A program made the position numbers and the translations under genes. The notes below the pieces were generated by a model. The model was not told the DNA's origin and did no database searches. It worked only from the letters and a program-made list of their open reading frames with translations. DNA of 64,000 nucleotides from NCBI GenBank assembly GCA_964573395.1, contig CAZNJI010000003.1:15951-79950 (forward strand). The letters run 5' to 3'. The stretch comes from an uncultured Candidatus Saccharibacteria bacterium (GTDB taxonomy: Bacteria; Patescibacteriota; Minisyncoccia; Phycocordibacterales; UBA9973). The first letter of the stretch is position 1. Every line of letters starts with the position of its first letter. This document shows positions 9,584 through 18,478 of this stretch, piece after piece.

Positions 9584-9635
9584 GTTTTTTGATTTTACCT
9601 ACACTACCATTTCCTTAATATTCGTCAATATTCGA

Positions 9636-9662
9636 TTCCAATTCCGACCACATTCGGTCACA
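9636..9662 (+). repeat. Islet junction motif copy a (TTCCAATTCCGACCACATTCGGTCACA)
   Basis: One of four related copies. It lies just upstream of the -35 element (CGTCAA at 9623-9628 on plus, i.e. TTGACG on the coding strand) of the gene at 9254-9583. Followed by GAAATTGGAAACAAAAAAGCC. Confidence 0.6.
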
Positions 9663-9685
9663 CACTGTAGTGGAAATTGGAAACA

Positions 9686-9720
9686 AAAAAGCCGTTCCTT
9701 TCGGTTCGGCTTTGTTTCAA
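9686..9720 (-). terminator. Probable intrinsic terminator of the gene at 9734-10279
   Basis: An imperfect hairpin (GCCGAACCGAAAGGAACGGC) followed by TTTTTTGTTTCC on the minus strand. Confidence 0.35.
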
Positions 9721-9733
9721 TGAAAACTTTTGA

Positions 9734-10279
9734 TCAATTCTTGCTGATTGTGACTTTTTCTTCTTTCATCAGAAAATGGTCAGGGGCAAACTCTGTTACG
9801 ATACCCACAATAACTGAAAGCGGTACATACATTCCCTGGACGATACAGTCGATTCCTTTCAGAGGCATTTTGAATTGCTCTTGCATAGATTCGTGCATTT
9901 CAGTTACCAGGTCAGACAGCTCAGGGTCATCTGTTTTTCCACTTTCGGAAACACTGTTAAGGATATCCACCGCTTCAGTGAAATGCTGGTAGAAACCCTC
10001 ATAATACATATTAGCCAGCTTCAGTCCTTCCGCACTGATATCTATCAGCGGAACCCATGTTGTGTACATTTCCCGTACTTCAGGGAACTTGTTCTTGTTG
10101 GATTCAGTAACAAACAGGCTTTTCATTGCTGTGTGCCAGTTGTTACGGAAGATTTGATGCCCAACCTTCATCATGTCCTTTGCGGCTGACATTTTTCCGA
10201 GAAAATCTTTTTTCTTTGAAGCTTTAACGAAATTGGTTTTTGCTTCTTCGAACAGTGAGAAATATTCAATCGGTTTCAT
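9734..10279 (-). CDS. Hypothetical 181-aa protein (islet module)
   Basis: ATG start. A perfect TTGACA-N17-TATTAT promoter lies upstream on the coding strand (about 10333-10361), and a structured 5' UTR contains the inverted repeats TTTAGTGGTT/AACCACTAAA. No recognisable domain. Confidence 0.45.
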   Translation of the reverse strand: MKPIEYFSLFEEAKTNFVKASKKKDFLGKMSAAKDMMKVGHQIFRNNWHTAMKSLFVTESNKNKFPEVREMYTTWVPLIDISAEGLKLANMYYEGFYQHFTEAVDILNSVSESGKTDDPELSDLVTEMHESMQEQFKMPLKGIDCIVQGMYVPLSVIVGIVTEFAPDHFLMKEEKVTISKN

Positions 10280-10434
10280 ATTTTGTTGATTTTAGTGGTT
10301 ACCAGAAATCCTATATCTGGACCTTTGGAAACCACTAAAACTCTCTCAAGGAACTCTATGGCTATATAATAGCATAATTATACATAAATGTCAATATATT
10401 ACTTTCCTATACAAACCAATACTTTTAAATAAAT

Positions 10435-10462
10435 GGTTCCAATTCTGACCACATTGGGTCAC
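10435..10462 (+). repeat. Islet junction motif copy b (GGTTCCAATTCTGACCACATTGGGTCAC)
   Basis: A near-identical copy of the junction motif. It ends in GGGTCAC, like the tRNA-Glu 3' end. Confidence 0.6.
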
Positions 10463-10534
10463 CTAAAGCAAAACTCTTGCTCTCGTTTACTACTAAACTC
10501 GTGGCTACCCTTTGGGTAGCCATAAATGGAGATT

Positions 10535-10565
10535 TAAATAAAAAGATCCCCTTTATTCGGGGATC
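10535..10565 (-). terminator. Intrinsic terminator of the gene at 10576-11355
   Basis: The hairpin GATCCCCGAATAAAGGGGATC is followed by a T-run on the minus strand. Confidence 0.55.
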
Positions 10566-10575
10566 GGATTAAATC

Positions 10576-11355
10576 TTATGCCTTTTCCAATTCCTTCTCT
10601 TTTCTGAAAGCAGTAACCGCAATGTCCTTGATTGAAAGAGTTGAATTGTTGCTTTGAAGCACAGTGTTTACCCATACGGTAAGGTCGTTAAAAAGCTTTG
10701 ATGCCTTGAATGCTTCGACAGAGATACTCTGTTCTTCGGTAAGAACTTCGTGGGCAACCAGCATGTCGCCTTTCTCGCAGACAAACACTACACCCAACCG
10801 TTCGTTCATCGAAGTGGCTGATCTTTCCAGAGGAACAATAGGAAGCGAATCCTTGATTCCATGAAGAATGACTTTCGTGTTACCCTTGTTTTCTTCAACG
10901 AGGAGCGTGATATCCGGTATGTGATTTTCCAAAAGAAACTCTACCCGAAACAGTACGTCTGCATAAAAATTCTTTTTGAATTCCATCGCTTTTTGTACCC
11001 CTTCAAGGTAGCCAGTCATCTTTTTGAAATTGTCCACCCCGTTGCTTATGTGGGCAACATCAACCTGGTTTGCTTCACGTTCCCTGATGTTTTCTTTCTT
11101 TTGGTCGAAACCAATAACACGATCGTATTCTTTGTTCGGGAAAATGTAATGGAAGCCGAAATAGTGTATCTTCATCTCTCTTCCACAACCACATTCACAC
11201 GAAAAACTAATATATGCATTCCATTTTTCGTTATCTTTGGTTGAGCGGAATAGGTCGTAGAAACTTTTGAGACGTATTTCTTCACTAATGTTGCCACAGT
11301 GCTCTACCCAATCAGGGAGGCTTTCTAAAAGGTTTATGTTTGTTTTTCTATTCAT
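10576..11355 (-). CDS. Hypothetical 259-aa protein with an N-terminal Cys/His cluster (islet module)
   Basis: ATG start. Carries WVEHCGN...SFSCECGCGREM...HYFGFHY. Upstream on the coding strand is a TTGCCA-N16-TAGTGT promoter. No recognisable domain. Confidence 0.45.
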   Translation of the reverse strand: MNRKTNINLLESLPDWVEHCGNISEEIRLKSFYDLFRSTKDNEKWNAYISFSCECGCGREMKIHYFGFHYIFPNKEYDRVIGFDQKKENIREREANQVDVAHISNGVDNFKKMTGYLEGVQKAMEFKKNFYADVLFRVEFLLENHIPDITLLVEENKGNTKVILHGIKDSLPIVPLERSATSMNERLGVVFVCEKGDMLVAHEVLTEEQSISVEAFKASKLFNDLTVWVNTVLQSNNSTLSIKDIAVTAFRKEKELEKA

Positions 11356-11457
11356 AAAGAACTAGTTTAGTGATTGATTATTTTGCTTACACTACCATTT
11401 ATCCTGAATTTGGCAATAGTCCTCTCATTTCATGTATACTGCTTTTCAACGCTAGTT

Positions 11458-11496
11458 GGTACCCCACTATTTCGGAAATCCAAGTCTTGGGGTCAC
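11458..11496 (+). repeat. Degenerate junction motif copy d (GGTACCCCACTATTTCGGAAATCCAAGTCTTGGGGTCACAG)
   Basis: Shares the GGT(T/A)CC start and the GGGGTCACA end with copies a-c; the middle has diverged. Confidence 0.35.
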
Positions 11497-11504
11497 AGAT
11501 TCTG

Positions 11505-11540
11505 GAAAAGAAAAAAGACCCGAAATATTCAGGTCTTTGG
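11505..11540 (-). terminator. Intrinsic terminator of the gene at 11554-12144
   Basis: The hairpin GACCTGAATATTTCGGGTC is followed by TTTTTTCTTTT on the minus strand. Confidence 0.55.
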
Positions 11541-11553
11541 ATAATTTTTTGTA

Positions 11554-12144
11554 CTAAGAAACATTTTGTAAAATGCGCAAACCATTTGTCCACGGAACAC
11601 CAATTTGGCAATCAATACCCCAGCGATTTCCGTATTGGCTACCCAGCCACCCTATGATAACAGGATAAATAGTAGTATCAGTTTTTTCTTCGTTAATCTT
11701 TACTTCAACTGAAACATATCCAACTAAAGTAGTGTTTGCATTTGTCAGTACGCCTTTTTCTCCTGACATTTGTTTCTTAGTCAATTGTAAAATTCTTTCA
11801 GCAATCTGGGTTGGGTCGGTAGTAGAGATGTTTAGATCAGACATAAGTTGCTTATCATACTTTGAGTGATTGTAGTGTCCTACTGATGAAATATATTCAC
11901 CTTTTGATCTCTCAGCCTGGTGAGTATAAAAGGTAGTTCCACACTGTAACTCTTTTTGTTTAAGAGTTTCAGCAGCTATCTCTTTGTCGGATATAAGCGG
12001 AAGAACATATTTAGTAAAGTTTTCTCCTTGCCAGTATTGTCTAAGAGCTTCCTTTCGCTTCTTGCGCTTTATACTTTTAACGGTGCAGATACCAATGTCT
12101 TGGTAGTGATTTTGCGGATTGTAGGTAGTGGAAGTACTTTTCAT
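11554..12144 (-). CDS. Hypothetical 196-aa protein (islet module)
   Basis: ATG start with its own promoter and terminator. No recognisable domain. Confidence 0.45.
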   Translation of the reverse strand: MKSTSTTYNPQNHYQDIGICTVKSIKRKKRKEALRQYWQGENFTKYVLPLISDKEIAAETLKQKELQCGTTFYTHQAERSKGEYISSVGHYNHSKYDKQLMSDLNISTTDPTQIAERILQLTKKQMSGEKGVLTNANTTLVGYVSVEVKINEEKTDTTIYPVIIGWLGSQYGNRWGIDCQIGVPWTNGLRILQNVS

Positions 12145-12193
12145 TTTTTAAATTTTCCTTACAATACCATCTCTCTGAGATCCGTCAATATCT

Positions 12194-12221
12194 GGTTCCA
12201 ATTCTGACCACATTCCCTCAC
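12194..12221 (+). repeat. Islet junction motif copy c (GGTTCCAATTCTGACCACATTCCCTCAC)
   Basis: Third near-identical copy. It lies directly upstream of the TTGACG-N16-TATTGT promoter (coding strand) of the gene at 11554-12144. Confidence 0.6.
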
Positions 12222-12261
12222 AATTTGAAAATTCTTCGTAGAGAGTATTTAGTTCCCCTCT

Positions 12262-12299
12262 TTTGTAATTAAAACCCACCCCTATATAGGGGGTGGGTT
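12262..12299 (-). terminator. Probable terminator of the phosphagen kinase gene
   Basis: The hairpin AACCCACCCCTATATAGGGGTGGGTT is followed by TTAATTAC on the minus strand. Confidence 0.45.
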
Positions 12300-12307
12300 A
12301 ATTTCGC

Positions 12308-13330
12308 TTAATTATTCAATGATTTCTCGAGCTCTATGAGTTTTTTTACTCCATGATAAAGCTGTTCGTAAATCTCACGTTCGGTTACCCCAAGGCGGCG
12401 CTTATTCGAAATGTCGTAGATGCCATCGGAAGATTCCGAGTGCTCTCCGTGTACGCCTCGGATCGATAGCCCAAGCGTTCCGCATATTGCTTTGAAGTTT
12501 TCACTCGCCGAAAGTTTTGGAATCTTAATGTGTACCGAAGCACGCATTGCTGTTCCTAAATTGGTTGGACAAGTGGTGTGGTATCCGCGGATATCATCAA
12601 AAGCAAAGTGAATTTTTTCATTGATGAAATCGAGTGCAGTTGCCAACCGCATGAATACTTCAGCAATGTCGGCACCCTGCTGCATGCTAATAATACGCAT
12701 ACTGTCTTCTTCTGAAATCCATACCAGGAACCTCTTATCATCTGAAAAGAAAATTCCGCGATTCTTCGGCCAGTCGCGGTTTACGCCAACACTTTCTAAA
12801 AAACGGTCTCCCTGCTTGAATAAGAAATGGTCTGCAACCAGTTTTTGCCGCATTTCTTCGCTCATGCCGTCAAGCGGAAAATATTCTCCCTTGAGCGATC
12901 CAGGAAGCTGCTGTAGTGCTGCAATAATTTCAGACTCCATAGCTGCCCGATCTGCCGCTGATATGGCAGAAGGAAACGCATATTTTGCAAAATTACGCCC
13001 AACCCGGATACGGGTTGATACAACATAACTCCCTTCTGGATCCAAGTTTTCAATAGAAAGACCAATGAGCGAAAAATCGCTTCTGTGGCCGGCCATGTCG
13101 TAGTGGTGATAATCCTTAATCACCGGGTCAAAAAGAGGAGCAAGCATAGTATACGATTCAGGATCGCCTGCATAGACACCAATACTTGAGTCTGGATTAT
13201 CAATGCCAGACTGAATGGCTTTTTGTAGTGTCCAGCCATGCGGAGTCGTTACATCGGCCAATTGTGTCTGTACTGCTTCACTGCAGTACTTTTTCATTAA
13301 CATGTCGGGGTTTGATTTAATTTCTGTCAT
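12308..13330 (-). CDS. Phosphagen (arginine/creatine-type) kinase, ATP:guanido phosphotransferase
   Basis: Active-site signature CPTNLGT (PROSITE pattern C-P-x-[ST]-N-[ILV]-G-T), ISNKRRLGVTE, and a eukaryote-like N-terminal domain (YAGDPESYTMLAPLFDPVIKDYHHY). 340 aa, full-length fold. Confidence 0.85.
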   Translation of the reverse strand: MTEIKSNPDMLMKKYCSEAVQTQLADVTTPHGWTLQKAIQSGIDNPDSSIGVYAGDPESYTMLAPLFDPVIKDYHHYDMAGHRSDFSLIGLSIENLDPEGSYVVSTRIRVGRNFAKYAFPSAISAADRAAMESEIIAALQQLPGSLKGEYFPLDGMSEEMRQKLVADHFLFKQGDRFLESVGVNRDWPKNRGIFFSDDKRFLVWISEEDSMRIISMQQGADIAEVFMRLATALDFINEKIHFAFDDIRGYHTTCPTNLGTAMRASVHIKIPKLSASENFKAICGTLGLSIRGVHGEHSESSDGIYDISNKRRLGVTEREIYEQLYHGVKKLIELEKSLNN

Positions 13331-13391
13331 AAGAACGATAGTTTACTGTAAATTTTGAAATAATACTATCCTATAAGGGTTTTTTGTCAAT

Positions 13392-13601
13392 TTATAAAGA
13401 TTGAATTGACAAATCAAAAAGCTTCGCTGTTTTAGGCGAAGCTTTGCTCACTTCCTGGTGCTGCATTGCCTTATCCCGCTGTTTTTTCAGAACGACAAAG
13501 ACGGCAATACAGATGAAGAGAATAATGATCATTGGCAGAAAGAATGTGTACTTTGGATTCTTGGTGTGATTAAAATCGTACCAAGCTTTTTTCATATCCA
13601 T
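13392..13601 (-). CDS. Possible small single-TM membrane protein
   Basis: 69 aa with an ATG start and one clear TM helix (FFLPMIIILFICIAVFVVL). Its 3' end overlaps a terminator-like hairpin at 13416-13445, so coding status is uncertain. Confidence 0.3.
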   Translation of the reverse strand: MDMKKAWYDFNHTKNPKYTFFLPMIIILFICIAVFVVLKKQRDKAMQHQEVSKASPKTAKLFDLSIQSL

Positions 13602-13683
13602 AATGAACCATTTTTGTGCGTATATAATACTATATTAATAGATTTTGTCAAATATAACAAGTTCTGGACTAATCAGTTATTTT

Positions 13684-15324
13684 TTATATTTTGAGCAACT
13701 CTCGCACTTTCTTAAACCCGAGTGCCACAATAAATGTTGAGAGCCGCGGACCGGTGTCTTTTGAAATAAGCAGGTTGTACAAATCTTTAAAGAAAGCGCG
13801 CTGGCGAACTGCGTTCTCTTTCTGATCGAGCGATTCATCTTTGGCAATATCGTATATAAACTGCTCAAGATTTTCTTCAATCAATTCGTTCTTTTCGATT
13901 GCAGTAAGAAGCGTAGCTACATACCCCTTTCCTTCTTCAGTCATTTTTTCGTAATATGCAGTATTTGGCTCAGTGCGAATAGAAATTTTTTCTTCTGTAT
14001 TGTATATGTCGAGCCAATTCTTCGCTTTTGGAATGCGATTCTTCAGTGCCTGGCTATCTACAGCCGCACCTGCGCTCTCAAAGAGCATCAGCATCTTCGA
14101 TGCATCCCATTGCATAATCTGTCCAAAGGCCACTGTCTGGCGGAACGACGTTGGTTGACCATAGTGCTTCTCGCTTTCTGAGAGCGACCAGGCAAGAGAG
14201 TCCGCCGCGATTGCATCCAATTCCCCATTCTCTAATTTTTTCACCCCCAGATCGTACTCTTCATACTGGCGATAAATTTCACTGTCAAATGCCAGGTTAA
14301 ACGGCTGTGCCGGCGTCTTGCGAAGATAGAGCCACTTTAAAAGCCGGGCTTCGTAAATCTGCAGCAAGTCCTCCGGCGAGACAGCGCCGCCTTTCGAGCC
14401 GGACATTTTGCCGTCCATTCCCACAATGCCGACGAATTTATACTCGACAAATACCGGCGGCTCGCTCGAAAAAATTTCTTTCGCGATGATGCTTGAAACA
14501 TCGAAGCTTGATCCTGGAGAAGCGTGGTCGTGCCCGCCCGGTTCGAACACCACTTCTTCATGCATCCAGCGCATTGGCCAATCTACTTTCCACGGAAGCT
14601 TGTAGCAAAAATCCGTTTTTAAATCGATCGTTTCTTCCTGCTTTGTTTCTTTGCAGTAATAGGTTACCTTCGATTCGCCGTTAAACGATCTGATTTCAGT
14701 GAAATCTTTGCCAGTAAAACGCGAATAAATTGCGATTGGGAAATAACTCTCAACAAAAGATTCCTTCGTGAGGCATTTTTCTTTGATCGCTTTTTCGCTC
14801 ATAAGCGAAAACATAACTTCGCCGATCTCTTTGCGCTTTTGCATCGCCAGAATTACCTTCTCAGCATAGGCGCCGCTCTCGTAGAGCTCGGTTTGGTTTT
14901 TATACTCAAGTTCAATGCCAAGCTTTCGCATTGATTCTTCGAATGGTTTTTGAAAACTTTCGGCATAGGATGCGTACTTGCCCGTCGGATCGGGAATCTT
15001 TGAAATCGGCATGCCGATGTATTGGCTAAACGATTCCGGCACCCCAGCCGGCACTTTTCGAAAGCGGTCGAAATTATCCCAGGAAAAAACAAATCGGGTT
15101 TGCTTGCCCTTTTCTTTGAGCGCCTGCAACACGGCGAAAGAGGTCATGACGTCACGGAAATTCCCGAAGTGCACCACTCCCGACGGGCTAATGCCTGCTG
15201 CGGCAGTGTACACATCCTTGTCTGGAAATGCCTTCAGTACCTCATCCGCAATGGTGCGCGCCCAGTGCTGGTTACCTGTTTCCAAGCTGCGTGGGTTGAT
15301 TCGCTTTGATTGATCGAATGCCAT
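13684..15324 (-). CDS. lysK: Lysyl-tRNA synthetase, class I (archaeal type)
   Basis: GISPSGVVHFGNFRD (class I HIGH region), WDNFDRFRKVP, IGMPISKIPDP, KMSGSKGG and GPRLSTFI match class I LysRS (Pyrococcus-type) motif for motif. Confidence 0.85.
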   Translation of the reverse strand: MAFDQSKRINPRSLETGNQHWARTIADEVLKAFPDKDVYTAAAGISPSGVVHFGNFRDVMTSFAVLQALKEKGKQTRFVFSWDNFDRFRKVPAGVPESFSQYIGMPISKIPDPTGKYASYAESFQKPFEESMRKLGIELEYKNQTELYESGAYAEKVILAMQKRKEIGEVMFSLMSEKAIKEKCLTKESFVESYFPIAIYSRFTGKDFTEIRSFNGESKVTYYCKETKQEETIDLKTDFCYKLPWKVDWPMRWMHEEVVFEPGGHDHASPGSSFDVSSIIAKEIFSSEPPVFVEYKFVGIVGMDGKMSGSKGGAVSPEDLLQIYEARLLKWLYLRKTPAQPFNLAFDSEIYRQYEEYDLGVKKLENGELDAIAADSLAWSLSESEKHYGQPTSFRQTVAFGQIMQWDASKMLMLFESAGAAVDSQALKNRIPKAKNWLDIYNTEEKISIRTEPNTAYYEKMTEEGKGYVATLLTAIEKNELIEENLEQFIYDIAKDESLDQKENAVRQRAFFKDLYNLLISKDTGPRLSTFIVALGFKKVRELLKI

Positions 15325-15338
15325 TGTTAAATTCTCTG

Positions 15339-16406
15339 TTAAATTCCTTCCGCCTTGAGCTGCTCGATGATTTCTTTCGCGCGCTTTGAAAGTTTTTCCG
15401 GAAGCTTGATGTTGAGCTTAATCACAAAATCGCCGCGCTTCTGGCCCATTGGCACGCCGTAATTCTTCAGCGTTACCGTGCTGCCGATTTTCGATCCTGC
15501 CGGAATGGTAACCGGAACGCTGCCATCAAGCGTTTCAACCGCATACTGAGCGCCCAGGAGCGCATCGGTAAGCTTAATGTCGAGCGTCGTTACTAATTTT
15601 GATCCGTCGCGATAGATGCTTCCATGTTTCGCTACGGTTATGCGCAGGTACAGATCGCCTGTTTTGCCTCCTTTTACTGCCTCGCCCATGCCGCCCAAGC
15701 GGAGCATTTCGCCGTCTTGAACGCCTGCGGGAATGACGATCGTTACCTTGTTAGAATCTTTCGTTACGCCTGCCCCCTTACAAGTTTCGCATGGCGTTTC
15801 CGGAATTTTGCCAGCCCCCGCGCAATTGTCGCAGGTTCGCGTTGTTGCAATCGAGCCAAGGAACGTTCGCTGCATGTCGCGAATGGTTCCGTGCCCGTTA
15901 CATTTCGAACAGGTTTTCAGTTTTGTGCCTGGTTTTGCGCCTGATCCGTCGCAAGTTTTGCACGTTGCAGTGCGCTTGAGTTCAACCGTCTTTTCAGCGC
16001 CGAAGACCGCCTCTTTAAAAGAAAGCGATACGTCAACCTGCAAGTCTCTGCCGCGCGTAGCACGGCTGCGTGATCCGCCGCCGAAAAATTCCCCGAAAAT
16101 GTCGCCCAGATCTACGCCGAAGCCACCATCCTGCTGGAAGCCGGAAAAATCGAACCCGCCAAATCCCTGCCCGCTGCCAAAACCACCCTGGCCCTGGCCG
16201 TAATTCGCGCCGAAACTGTCGTACTGCGAGCGTTTCGCATCATCTGAGAGCACTTGGTATGCCTCGTTTACTTCTTTGAATTTAGAAGCATCTCCGCCTT
16301 GCTTGTCGGGATGGTACTGGTGCGCGAGTTTTCGAAACGCCTTCTTAATCTCTTCTTTCGAGGCGCCTTTGCTCACTCCTAAAATTTCATAGTAGTCCTT
16401 CCCCAT
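15339..16406 (-). CDS. dnaJ: Chaperone DnaJ
   Basis: J-domain (DYYEILGV...HPDK), a Gly/Phe-rich region and four CxxCxGxG zinc-finger repeats. ATG at 16404-16406; the track start at 16412 is GTG. Confidence 0.9.
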   Translation of the reverse strand: MGKDYYEILGVSKGASKEEIKKAFRKLAHQYHPDKQGGDASKFKEVNEAYQVLSDDAKRSQYDSFGANYGQGQGGFGSGQGFGGFDFSGFQQDGGFGVDLGDIFGEFFGGGSRSRATRGRDLQVDVSLSFKEAVFGAEKTVELKRTATCKTCDGSGAKPGTKLKTCSKCNGHGTIRDMQRTFLGSIATTRTCDNCAGAGKIPETPCETCKGAGVTKDSNKVTIVIPAGVQDGEMLRLGGMGEAVKGGKTGDLYLRITVAKHGSIYRDGSKLVTTLDIKLTDALLGAQYAVETLDGSVPVTIPAGSKIGSTVTLKNYGVPMGQKRGDFVIKLNIKLPEKLSKRAKEIIEQLKAEGI

Positions 16407-16454
16407 ATGCACGCATTATACTGAAAAGTACGATTTTTTCAATCAAAAAAGAGC

Positions 16455-16486
16455 CGAATATTCGGCTCTTTTTTGCTGTTATCGAT
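16455..16486 (-). terminator. Hairpin between dnaK and dnaJ (attenuator/terminator)
   Basis: AAAAAAGAGCCGAATATTCGGCTCTTTTTT, a symmetric hairpin with flanking A/T runs. Confidence 0.45.
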
Positions 16487-16573
16487 GTCGCATCGATACG
16501 GTTTTCCCTGCCCGCTTGCTCTTTTTCTTGGCTGCAATTTTTCGTTTTTTATTCATATGGTCATATTAGCACA

Positions 16574-18451
16574 TTATTCTTTTGGCTCTTCCGGCTCTTC
16601 TTTCACTTCAGCTTCTTTTGGTTCAGCATCAGCCGGAGGAGTCTGGCTTCCCTGTTTAGCAATATGCTCGCCAATCTTTTGCATTTCGGTTGAAAGCTCG
16701 GCTGTTTTGGTTTTTATTGCTTCCAGGTCGTTTCCGTCTTTCACAGCTTTCAGTTCAGTAATTTTTCCTTCAACGGCAGTTTTGATTTCTTCGGTAATCG
16801 CATCTTTATGTTCAGTCAGCGCCTTCTCCGCGGCAAAAATGTTCATATCCGCTGTATTGCGCGCATCAACAAGATCTTTCTTCTTCTTGTCTTCTTCGGC
16901 GTGCGTGTCCGCATCTTTCTTCATGCGTTCGATGTCCTCCGGCGTGAGCCCTGAGCTTGCTTCGATGCGAATCGATTGTTCTTTGCCGGTTGCCTTGTCT
17001 TTTGCCTTTACGTTTAGGATGCCGTTCGCATCAACGTCGAACGTTACCTCAACTTGCGGCATGCCGCGCGGCGCCGGCGCAATGCCGTCGAGCACGAATT
17101 GCCCGAGCGATTTATTATCCGTTGCCATCGGGCGCTCGCCCTGCACCACGTGGATTTGCACCGATGTCTGATTATCGGCAGCAGTTGAAAATACCTGCGA
17201 CTTCGACGTTGGAACGGTGGTATTGCGCTCAATCAAGTGCGTTGCAACGCCCCCGAGCGTTTCAATGCCCAGAGAGAGCGGAATGACGTCAAGGAGCAAC
17301 ACGTCGCGAACGTCTCCCTGCAGCACGCCGCCCTGGACTGCCGCCCCAAGCGCGACCACCTCATCCGGGTTGATGGAACGATTCGGCTCTTTGCCGAAAA
17401 ATGTTTTCACTTCCTCAACGAGCTTCGGCATGCGCGTCTGGCCTCCCACTAGAATCACCTGGTCGATGTCGGCGATCTTGAACGGAGACGCTTCGATCGT
17501 TCGTTTCGTAATTTCAAGCGCGCGCTTAATGAATTCATCGGCAAGCTCTTCAAGCTTTGCGCGCGTCATTTTCAAGAGCAAGTGGCGCGGCCCTGATGCG
17601 TCGGAGGTAATGAACGGAATGTTAATTTCGGTTTCAACCGCAGTTGAGAGTTCGATTTTCGCCTTTTCTGCCGCTTCATCAAGGCGCTGCAGTGCGAGCG
17701 GGTCTTTCGTTACGTCGATGCCGCTTTCCTTCTTGAACTCTTCTGCGATCCAACTCATGAGCTTCATGTCGATATCGCGGCCTCCCAGGAACACGTCTCC
17801 GTCGGTTGCTTTTACTTCAACCACGTCGTCGCTTACTTCAAGCACGGAAACGTCGAGCGTTCCGCCGCCGAAATCGAACACAACAATCTGTTCGTTCTTA
17901 CGGGTATTAAAGCCGTACGCAAGCGCTGCCGCGGTTGGTTCGTTGATGATTCGCTTCACGTCGAGCCCGGCAATCGCTCCGGCATCCTTGGTTGCTTTAC
18001 GCTGGGCATCGTTAAAGTATGCCGGCACGGTAATGATCGCTTCCGTTATTTTTTCTCCGATCTTCGCTTCAACGTCCGCTTTGATTTTTTGCAGGATCAT
18101 CGCTGAAATTTCTTCAGGGCGATACTCTTTGTCGCCAAGCTTTACCAGCGCGCCGCCGTCAGTGCCGCGAGAAACTTGAAACGGAGCGGTTTTGATCATC
18201 CGCTGCACTTCCGGATCATCGAAGTTATGCCCCATGAAGCGCTTGATGCCGTAAATGGTGTTTTGCGGATTCGTCACTGCTTGCCGTTTTGCTAAAAGCC
18301 CTACCAGGCGATCGCCATTTTTTGCGGCAGCAACAATGGAAGGGGTCGTTCGATTCCCTTCGCTGTTCTCGATTATTTTTGGCTGGCCGCCTTCAATGAT
18401 GGCAACAGCCGAGTTTGTGGTTCCAAGGTCAATTCCAATGATTTTTGACAT
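16574..18451 (-). CDS. dnaK: Chaperone DnaK (Hsp70)
   Basis: [17 protein letters not shown]..., DLGGGTFD and other Hsp70 signatures. 625 aa. Confidence 0.95.
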   Translation of the reverse strand: MSKIIGIDLGTTNSAVAIIEGGQPKIIENSEGNRTTPSIVAAAKNGDRLVGLLAKRQAVTNPQNTIYGIKRFMGHNFDDPEVQRMIKTAPFQVSRGTDGGALVKLGDKEYRPEEISAMILQKIKADVEAKIGEKITEAIITVPAYFNDAQRKATKDAGAIAGLDVKRIINEPTAAALAYGFNTRKNEQIVVFDFGGGTLDVSVLEVSDDVVEVKATDGDVFLGGRDIDMKLMSWIAEEFKKESGIDVTKDPLALQRLDEAAEKAKIELSTAVETEINIPFITSDASGPRHLLLKMTRAKLEELADEFIKRALEITKRTIEASPFKIADIDQVILVGGQTRMPKLVEEVKTFFGKEPNRSINPDEVVALGAAVQGGVLQGDVRDVLLLDVIPLSLGIETLGGVATHLIERNTTVPTSKSQVFSTAADNQTSVQIHVVQGERPMATDNKSLGQFVLDGIAPAPRGMPQVEVTFDVDANGILNVKAKDKATGKEQSIRIEASSGLTPEDIERMKKDADTHAEEDKKKKDLVDARNTADMNIFAAEKALTEHKDAITEEIKTAVEGKITELKAVKDGNDLEAIKTKTAELSTEMQKIGEHIAKQGSQTPPADAEPKEAEVKEEPEEPKE

Positions 18452-18478
18452 AGTTCTGTAATGTTAAAAAGTGATAAG

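Noticed and set aside
9584-12307. Integron-like cassette array with attC sites
   Set aside because: The modules resemble cassettes in being co-oriented single genes separated by palindromic junctions. But each has its own promoter, and the junctions lack the R''/L''-L'/R' core (GTTRRRY) architecture of attC. No intI is nearby. A tRNA-linked islet or regulon is the better explanation.
17217-18179. 320-aa Ser/Thr-rich ORF on the plus strand, with other long ORFs at 16473-17171 and 16957-17286
   Set aside because: They lie entirely antisense to dnaK, have a low-complexity composition typical of the reverse frame of a GC-balanced conserved gene, and have no start-site context. These are spurious shadow ORFs.
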